A stretch of DNA of 64,000 bases from IMG/VR virus record IMGVR_UViG_3300029305_003192. The stretch is one strand, 5' to 3'. Source of the DNA: a virus. Taxonomy: Duplodnaviria; Caudoviricetes. The position numbers and the translations under genes were made by a program. This document shows positions 28,977 to 39,000 of this stretch, in pieces. Each line of letters begins with the position of its first letter. Position 1 is the stretch's first letter. The notes beneath the pieces were generated by a model that saw only the letters and a program-made list of their open reading frames with translations, did not search any database and was not told the DNA's origin.

Positions 28977-29231
28977 ATGGCAAATATTTATATATGTACA
29001 GACCGCCAGCCTGTGAGTGAAGAATTCTCTAAGAGCGTCGCTGGCGTATCTCTTTTACTCAAAAGGAGTAAAGTTGATGGTAAGCTCGCTGTTATCAGCG
29101 CAGCGAGCGGTGAGATCCTTTGGGTGACGACGGCCATCCAGCATGAGGAACGAGACGTACCTGGTACTGATCTCGTTATCGTGACGGCGAATTCCAAATA
29201 TACATTTAGAAAGATTGGTGAAACAGTATAA
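28977..29231 (+). CDS. Small hypothetical protein (84 aa)
   Basis: AGGAGG SD; beta-rich with a TANSKY motif; terminator at about 29246-29274. Confidence 0.7.
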   Translation: MANIYICTDRQPVSEEFSKSVAGVSLLLKRSKVDGKLAVISAASGEILWVTTAIQHEERDVPGTDLVIVTANSKYTFRKIGETV

Positions 29232-29272
29232 TCTCACCAATCTCCTCACCCGCCAATTGGTGGGTGATTTTT

Positions 29273-29301
29273 TTGCTATAAATCGATACAAAGAGTATAA
29301 T
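29273..29301 (+). promoter_or_regulatory. sigmaA/sigma70-type promoter
   Basis: TTGCTA-N17-TATAAT. Confidence 0.55.
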
Positions 29302-29307
29302 GATATC

Positions 29308-29977
29308 ACTATGGATACCGTAACCTATATTAGTATGTGTGGTACATGTACATGGTTATAATCCGAACGATACCATTATATCAAAACTTCCAACGGGTAT
29401 AGTGGTAGTGTATACATCTTATTCAGAGATATCAGATGTATACTTACGTTTTAACATATGATTGGTAGTACGAGGTTCGTTACTACCATTACAATATCGA
29501 TATCTCATCGTCATATGTTAGTAGTGTTTGGCTGCCAAACTATAAAGCCTATCATTCTTATTTTCTTAAAGAACACAATTTGTCATCTCTGTCCCTGACT
29601 AACTAAGTTCATCCTCTACTCCGGCATATTCAGATGCCATTGAGACTCGATACGTTGATGCCGGTTAGTATATGCTCGCATGCAGTGATTATATCATACG
29701 AACACTATTCGGTGATAGCTATCATATAAGACTCCAATGAGCTTCGTAATGAGTAGATTGACGAGACTGGATTTAATTCTAGTAGCGTATCGAAAGTTAT
29801 GCGGTTATAGATGAGCATTGATAGTTAAGCTGCTTTGGCTAGTAGTGCGATTATACACAGATATGGAGTATAAAATATCGCTATCATTTTATCCTCTCAT
29901 TAGTGAGTAGAGTTGAGCTTCTACGGATGGGTTAGAGTTATAATACCAGGTATACCATTAATGGTATACCTGGTATT
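29308..29977 (+). ncRNA. Putative large ornate non-coding RNA (~640 nt)
   Basis: No ORF >=60 aa starts or lies within it. Many 6-12 bp stems with G-U pairs on the plus strand, an 8-bp pseudoknot and a long-range closing stem. Bounded by a promoter and a 36-bp palindrome. Confidence 0.65.
29942..29977. terminator. Perfect 36-bp palindrome / terminator
   Basis: AATACCAGGTATACCATT|AATGGTATACCTGGTATT. Confidence 0.75.
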
Positions 29978-30061
29978 TGTCCCCGACTTAGCTTAGAATA
30001 GCGAAAAACAGCCATATAACCTATATAACCAATTTCAATAAGAAAGAGGTGGACTATAAGT

Positions 30062-33000
30062 ATGGCTTCTAATAGAAGTAAAAGCAAAGTATTACAGAAT
30101 GCCGAGAAGGCATTTAAGTACTCAGCAGTACCGGCTATTACGAGTAAAGTACCGTATATGACTGGTACTGCACAGAGTGCTATATCAGTCGCGAAGGACC
30201 TTCGCGACTGGACAATCAGAAATAACCCGTTTAGAGCAGTGAATGGTAACAAAGACCCATTGATTAGACAGATCGCCACTGCAACCGCAAATGCTGTTAA
30301 ATCGGCAAAATTGGATCTTAAGTCTGGGGACTTGACATTTAGGAATCTAAATAAGGCTGTTAGAGATTTCGTAGGCGAAGATTCATTGTTGGACGGCTTT
30401 GATAATCTGGACATCGATTTCGGTTCCGACCTCGGGGACTCATTATTTTCGAATTCGGGACAGGACGACCAGACCTCTGATATTACCACCGCATCTGCAA
30501 TGATGGCAGTGGGCGACACGTTGTCACGAACTCAGGCGGTTACCACAGAGGCGATGATTGGTGCTGTAGAACATTCGACAGAAAGAATCACTAAAACCCA
30601 AATGGTTATGACTGATACTGCAGTAACACGACTAATATCCAGTAACATGACTATAGCCGCCAGGACTTCGACTCAATTAGGTACGATCTCCGAAGACATA
30701 AAAGTTGTGAATAAAAATCTCTCGCTACTGGTTGAGCAGTCGAACAGTTTCTCTTCATTTATCAACCAGTCACAGAGATATATGGAGCATACCGAGCAGA
30801 CATTGAACGATATTAAAGCATTATTGGAGGCCAGTCATTCTCAGGGTAAGAATGACGGATATGGTGGTAGTTATAATGACGGATTTATGTCTGGACACTT
30901 CGACATCAAAAAATATATCCACCATATATTCAATAATACATCCTCTGGTATCATTGCATCTCAGGTAATCGGTACCACTATGAAAGCTCTTAAGATGGAA
31001 CTGCCCTCATTTATTGATGAGATGAATGCTTTCTCCATCGGAGATTTGAATCCTCTCAAGATGGGTATTGAGAAGCTTATCCCTGCAATTGGAAGAATTG
31101 CTGATTTGGATAAAACTTTCGAGCGGTCGATTAAGATGTTCATGGCCAGACTTGCAGAAGGAGAATACGGAGGATTCCTCAATGGCTTAGGTGTAGAGGG
31201 ATTCGGCATGAGAGAGCGTAACCGTGTTATTTACGACTCGAGATATTACGAAAAAGGTAATATGCAGTGGAACGGTATGGCTCAGCGCGCTTTGATGGAG
31301 GTTATCCCAGGATACTTATCTAGTATGGAAGGCTATCTCAAACAGATAGCTGAGAATACATATAAAGGTAAAGATAGGTATGCACTTAACACATCGTCGC
31401 TCCGTCACTTCGATTATGATCTTGGGCAATTTGCAACTTTGAGTGATATACGCGAAAGAACTAAGAAAGAATTAACATCATCTCTTCAGAGTTCATATGA
31501 TAATTTCGTTGAGATGACAGAAAAAATCACCAATGGCTCGGACGAGCTGAACCAGGAGCTCACCAATTATCTGCGAAAGATTAATAGCTCAGAGAACGAT
31601 AGTAAGATTTCACGTAAAGAATGGATGAACGAATTTAAGGCTATCGTTGGAAAACATCGTAAAGATGGTATTACTGACGACCAGATAATGAAGGCATATG
31701 ATGCATTGGTATGGGCTCGAGAGCAGTCCCTAGACGAAAGGAACCGAATTCGTACGGCAGCTGCACGAAGAGAATCCAGTGCATTTTATCTTGGCGATGA
31801 GCTCAATACCATGACCCCAGACCTGGTATATAAGGGACTGAAGGAGATTAAGCAGGATCGATATAATTCGCTATCTGAAAATGATAAGAAAGAGGCCGAC
31901 CGTCAGAAACGAAACGAAGAACGGAGGAAGGGCTTCTTCGAAAAAACAGTAGCCAAATTGGGATTAACTGATGATGCTAAAGCAATAAAGGAAATGTTTA
32001 GCCATGGTGGTCCTATTAATAGAGGAGTGGACTTCGTATCTGATAAGCTTCAGGGAGTCTTACTGAATCTTATATACGGTGGCCTCAAGTCCTATGATGT
32101 CGGAAGTCAGAATATCCCTAATGACCAGGTAGCTAATATTCACAAGGGTGAAATGATTATCCCTAAGGATGTCGCCGACCAGATTCGTGCCGGTAATTTT
32201 GACAATGCGCAGGTTAAGGAATGGCTTAATATCACAGCAGGTTCTGTTGAGAATAGCACATCCGTACTATCGTCCATTCAGAGCATGTTCGTCGGTAACT
32301 CTAAGACCAAGTCTAAGACTCGTAAAGCTATGGGTGCTATGGTCGAATACGCCGATGACTATTATAAGGTAGCTATCGATGCTGAAGCTATCAAGGATGG
32401 CGACCTCAGAGGTATCTGGGTATCCATGCTCGAAAACATGGCTAACCAGACAGCTATTCTCGCACATAATGCCGAAAGAGATGCAGGATTCGATGATAAG
32501 GACGGTCGTAGTGACCTTTCTAAGAGAATTCTCGGTGAGAAGGATAAGAATGGCCTCTATAAAGGCACTATGTTTAGTCAATATGCTAACATAGGTCTTG
32601 ACTTTAAGAATGCCATCAGACATGCCATGTATGGCGAAGAGTATATTACGTCAGAAGGCGTTAAGGTCGCTAAATCGGATGATACAGTTCTCTCTACTTT
32701 ATCTAAGGGTATGAAGAAAGCTGGTGATACAGCTCTTTCATATATCTTTGGAGAAGATTATAAAAATACCAAACAGTTCAAGGCAGTATCAAAAGGCTAT
32801 AGTGAACTCAAGGCAGGTATTACTGGTAAAGCATCAGACGGAGTTCAGCTGACTCCGGATGAAGAAAAGGCTGTCGAAGAAGCACTTCAGCAGACAGCTG
32901 ATAAGGGACTTGAACTTAATAAGAAACTCATTGGTCACGTTAAGGGTGGCCTGTTAGGTGCAATTACCGTAGGTGGTATTGGTCTTATGGGTGGCGGTGG

Positions 33001-36000
33001 TGTAGTGCCAATGCTTCTCGGAGCAGGTGGACCTATTGGTGGTGCAATTATCGGTGCGGGTCTTTCTATTCTCACTAGAAACGAATCCTTCATGGATAAG
33101 ATGTTCGGTGAGATGAAGGATGGTGAACGTGTCGGTGGCGTAATCTCCAAGGAGATGCAGGAAAGATGGAAAGACCTCGGTAGTAAGCTCCTTGGTCCGG
33201 CAGTACTTGGTGCAGCTGGTTCATTTATCTTCCCTAAACTTACTAGAGGTATACTTGGACCGGTTGGTTCATTTATGCTTGGTACTGGACCTATCGCAGG
33301 CGCTGCACTTGGTATAGGTGCATCTCTCATCATGAAGAGCCAGCCAGTGCAGGATTTGCTCTACGGTGAAGAGGGTAAAGGTGGTAATACCGGATTAGTT
33401 GGTAGTGTTAAGAACGCTGCAAAGGATTTCTGGAATAAGAATAAGCAGCATGCGGGTGCTATGGGACTTGGAGGTATCGGTGGTGCTCTCCTAGGTCTCA
33501 AGGGTGCTGGTGCATTAGGACTTGGTGGATTCGGTTTAGTCGGTAGCATTGTGGGCATGTCTATCCTCGGTGCATCATTCGGCCTTAAAGCCACATCTGA
33601 TAAGTTTAAAGACTTCCTCTTTGGTTCCAGAAAGTTTAAGAGAGATAAGAATGGAAATCTCGTTCCAGACGGACGTGATGGTGATGGCCTTATCGGTAAG
33701 ATTTCTCGTAAGTTCATTACTAGTGTCATGACACCTGCTCGAGTATTCGCACGTTCCATTTCACGTAACTTCACAGAGTGGATTCGATATGATGTTGCAC
33801 ATCAGCTCAAGTCTGCATTTGAACCATTTACCCTTGCTATCAAGGGTGGCGTCCAGGGTATTGCTGACGGCATGCATGCCGTTACCGATAAACTCATGGA
33901 CCTCGCTAAGAAAATCACTAACCCGATTAAGAAAATCGTCGGTGGGCTTCTTAAATTTGCTGGTAAGACAGTAATGGGCGGTCTTAAGACAGGTGCATCT
34001 ATTGCCGGTGGTGTAATATCTGCACCTCTTAAAGTATTAGGACACTTTGGTCGTAGATTCTCCAAGAAATACGATCCAACAGTTGCTGCTAATAATAAGA
34101 AATTCCGTTTTGGATATACCGATGCGAGTGGTAAAAAGCATCGAGGATTCTGGAACCCTCTTCAGAGGCTTGCTGATGCAAGGGATGCGTTCCTCGATAG
34201 CGATGGGGGCTTCTTTGACGCTCTTGCTGCGGGTGGTCATATGCTCAACCCATTCACTGCATATGCTGATGCTAAATATCAGTACTCCAAGGATACGGGA
34301 TATAATAATGCTGCATTCTTAGGAGGCTTCTTCGGTGCAGCTGGTCAGAAGCATCGACAGATTAAGAAGGCTAATAGACGTAAAGATAAAATGGAGAGCA
34401 GGATTGCCGATTGGACAGCAGAGTGGGCAAAGAAGGACAACTGGAACGATAAGGTTATCCTCAATAAGAAGGAACTCAATGCACGTAATAGCCGTCTCAG
34501 AAAGATAATGGGTAAGGACTACGATAAAGTCCTTGATAGATTCGGTAATAAGAGCGGTTCTCTTACCAGTGAAGAGATGATTCAGTTCATGTACGACCCA
34601 TTTGGTAAGAAGAAAAGCGAAAAGGATGCTCAGGCTAATACAGCTAAAAAGGCAAATACATTCCTTCAGGATATCAAGCATATCGCATACGAAATACTCC
34701 AGTTCGTCTCTGGTGGCAAACCAAAAGGCGCCCCTTTATCAGGACCAGTTGCTAAGATTGGTAATGCGTTGGCTCCTAAAGGTGGTTCCAAGAGAAAACA
34801 GTCCAGAAATAAGGGCGCTGTCGACAGTAGCATGTACGACTTCATGAAGCAAGCAAAAAGTAGAGGCTTCGGCAGTATTAGTGCAATTGCCAGTGCTACT
34901 GGTATAGATGTAAACGACCTCAAAAATTTCCTTGCTGGAAATCGTGACGCGATTAGTGGTAAAGCCAGACGATCGATGTTTAAACAGATGGGTTATATCG
35001 ACACATCAACGTTCGGTGGTAAAGTAAAGAAAGCATTTACAACTCAGCATGCACTTGCTAAATATATAACCGACGGTCAATATCGTAAATCGGTAAATCA
35101 AAAACTTGAAAGTAAATCCAACGTGTTTAAATATGCATTGAATGCTGGATACCGTAAGAGTTTACATCAGCAGTATAATGTTACGAGTAGTAAGAGTCTC
35201 CTCGATTGCGTAATAGATGCTGGTTATTTCTATGGCATTAAGCAGGATAAGAAGGTCGATTATAGAAAATTATCAGCTGATACAGGAATCGACCCCGACA
35301 AACTGAAGAACCTCCTTGAGGGTCGAGAAGATGACTTGAAGGATGATGAGAGGACTATATTATATGATAAGGTAGGGTACGTCGGTGATAAGTTCCAGGC
35401 CGGTAAACTTATCAAGAACATGATAGGAACTAAGGTTAAGAATAAAGTCAATTCGATAAAAACCACCCTATATAATAAGACACAGCCATTACGTAATGCC
35501 GCTAAGAAAGTCCAGAGTGGAATCGGCGTAATTAAAGGCAAGATCGCTCCTCTTCAAGATAAGGGTAAGGAACTGTTTAAACAAGCATCAGAAGCTGCGA
35601 AGTTTAAGCTCGACAATAAGATGACCAGTAAACAGAAAGAATTCATGCATAAATATCTCACACCATATGAGATAAAGATATTCAAGCAACTGTCTATATC
35701 TGAGCGTAATAACATAATGAGATTGTGGGCTACTGATGATGGTCGCTCTGCAATAGCAGCATTGCAGCAACATGGCAAGGAGCTTAAGAAAAAGACAGAT
35801 GCCAATCGTAAGAAGCTCGGTCGTAATGTAGCAATGACTGATGAAGAAAAAGCTACATTTGAATGGCTCAAGGTCAACGCTAAGAAATCTAAATTAGAGC
35901 CAGATGTACAGAAGACATGTCTTAAGGTATACCGTAAGATGACATCTACCGAAAGGGCAGAAATTGAGGTATATCGTAAAAACAAAGACGTTGTGGGAGC

Positions 36001-39000
36001 ATTCACATATCTTAAAGACCATGCAGGAAAGATTAAATCGTTTGCTGAACGAGTTAAAGGCGCTGCGGGCGCTCTAAAGGCAGGTGCGTCCACGATAGCT
36101 GGTAAAGCCGCTGCGGGCGCATCCTCTATATTCGGTGCATTATTTGGAACAACAGGAGGTCTCAAATCCCTCGCTGGTATAGCGATAGGTGCAGGCGTCA
36201 TGTTCCTCTTTAATAAATTCCCAGGAATTATGGAGAGTATCAAGACTATTATTGGTAATATCAAGGATTGGTTCATGGAAACTGCATGGCCATTTATTAC
36301 TGATAAGATAGTTCCGGCTGCCAAGAAGATCTTTGAAGGAATCGGAACTGTAGTAGAGAAAATTTTCAACTTCATTGCCAACCCGGAAGAAGAGGGTGCT
36401 GCACTTTCTTCAAACTGGTTTACAGGAATGGATAAATCCGCAGAACAGTTGAAGGCTGAATCTGATACAGCTGCGAAGTATGGTTTATCAACTACAGAAG
36501 AAATGCTTAATTATGCGACTGGAGACCATGGAATATGGACTAGTGACATTGGTGATGGTGGTCTTGCAGAAATCGTTGGTAAAAAGGCGGGTTCTAAGTA
36601 TACAGCTAAGGATGGACTTATTGCAGCATATGTAGTTATCGGTAATGAGTACATGTTATACAATAACCCATTTATAGCACCGACAGTCGAGCAGTTGTCA
36701 GCATTTATCGAAGATCCTAAAATCTTAAAAGCCGTTAAGAAGTTCTATAAAGAAATTGCAACACAACGTGGAATTAAACCGAAGAAGTATGATGATACAT
36801 CGGCTTCCGATAGAAAAGCTGCTCTTCAGCAAGCTGTACAGTATCTGGAAGGTAAGTATGGTGGTCATAGAAACGTTCAAATCAACATGAATAACGCCGC
36901 TGGTATTACTATGGAACAGGCTGCTGCTAATGCAGCCGCAGAAGCATCAGGTAGTGTCGGCTCAGGCCACTTCATGCAGACTGACCCAAGATGGGCAAAT
37001 GCTAGATATGCAAATGCTGGTCGTGGTAATTTCTCCACTATGGGTAATGGTGGATGTGGACCTACTGCACTTGCTAATGCGGCAATGAGCCAGGGTGTAT
37101 CCACTAATCCTATGGCAGTAGCGCGTCTCTCCAGAAACGGCGGATATGCAGTAGGTGGGGGTACATCTGCTGGTCTATTCACTAACGGTGCTCGAAGACT
37201 TGGTCTTCAGTCTACAGCAATTGGAGCAGGCTCAATTAAGCGAGCACTTAGTAATGGTAACAGTGTCGTATTTGCTGGAAAGGGTAATGGCCTCTATACT
37301 AGAGCTGGACATATTATGTCTGCTCGTGGTATCGATAGACACGGAAATGTTATCGTTGATGACCCAATGAGACGCAATTCGGTAAGCGTCCCACTATCGA
37401 CTCTTGGTAGAGGTATGACTCATGCATGGTCTATTGGACGTGGCGGTGAGACATATACTGATAACAAGGGTAATGTTTATGAGAAGATAACCAGTTTTGA
37501 CCAGCTTAGTGCTGCAGCTAAGAAGAAAGATCTTACTAACTACTCCGACCAGGACCTCGGTATGCTCATGGCTAAATGCCAGAATGGCGAAGCCGATATT
37601 AATATAGCAGAATTTTACTTCCTTACATCACAACGAGAGATCAATAGAAAGAATGGTCTTGCAGACATGAGCTCTATGGACTATCATATCTCACTGCGTG
37701 GTGACGATAGTATGTTATATAATAACGTGCTTATGTACAACCAGACTAACGAGAAATGGAAGGATAAATTCCTCGTATACACTAATGACACATCAACTAT
37801 CGGTAATGCAGGATGTGTAGTTACTGCATTCGGCTCATTATTGGCCAACTTAACAGGACTCAACTATAGACCTGACTTTATGACAAATGCCATTGCCGGA
37901 AAGACTCGTACTGGCAATAGCCTGATTACTATTCTGGGAAATAGTAGATCCCCAAGTATTTCCAATGCAACGCCTCAAAGATTTCTCATTAATGGGCATA
38001 CGCATGGCCAGGCAACTAACAGTGAGGCAATTTATCCGAACTGGTATGAGCCACATGAAGGACCTTTTATGGGTAGTATGGATTGGTCTACTGGAACGAT
38101 GACGTATCATAGGAATAATGATGAGCTCAGGTTCCTCGATACTATCTCGTCTGGACCATTCGTTATCTACGGTGGTTCGATTTATAATAAGGATATGGAT
38201 AAAGTTTCTACTTATGGAACTGAACCAGGCACATATGCATCATCAATCTCTGGTTATACTCATATGCATCCGTTCTATCGCCCATCTGATGGAAAGATGT
38301 ATACTAACCACGCATACTTGGTAGTACCTAAAACATTTGGTGGAGCTTCATCCGTAGCTCAGCAGGAATATTATCTGTATGACCCAGGAAGTGGCCAGCT
38401 TGAAAATCAGGGACGTGCATTATCTTACAGTGCATTATTCTCACCACATGGTGGTGTACAGTCAGTATTCGGATTTTCCGGTTTGGCTAGTACTCCATTT
38501 GGCGGAGTTCTCGGTAAAGAACCTGCCGTGGAAGACCTCAATTGGTGGCAAAGTATGTATAATGCTGACGATCTTGCGGAACTTTATAGGACATCGTCCG
38601 AGCATACTCGTAGGAAGTATCAGTATGAAAATTCATGGACTGGCACAGATACATCAACCGATGAGTCCTCAGACGACAGTCTTCTGACAAAAATTATGAA
38701 TGCTCTCAGTGGTCTTGGTGATATTGCGATGGGACTACTGGGTAAAATATTTGGTGGTAAGGGAGACCTTCCAACCATGACCGATTATGCCAACCAGTCA
38801 GTTTATAACAACGGTGGAAGCGGAAGCGGTGGTAGTGGTGGATCCGGTTACGTTAGCAACGACGGTTCAATCTACTATAAGGGTGAGAAGGTCAGCAGTC
38901 GTGCTCTCACGATGGACCTCTCTAAATACTCGGACTATGACATTGCTATGTTACAGCAGCGAATTATGAAGGGTACCGAAGACGGTCTTACTATGAATGA

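Noticed and set aside
29308-29940. Group I/II intron, tmRNA or RNase P identity for the large structured region
   Set aside because: No interrupted gene, and I found no group I P7/J8-7 core, group II domain V, tRNA-like CCA end or RNase P P4 signature by eye.
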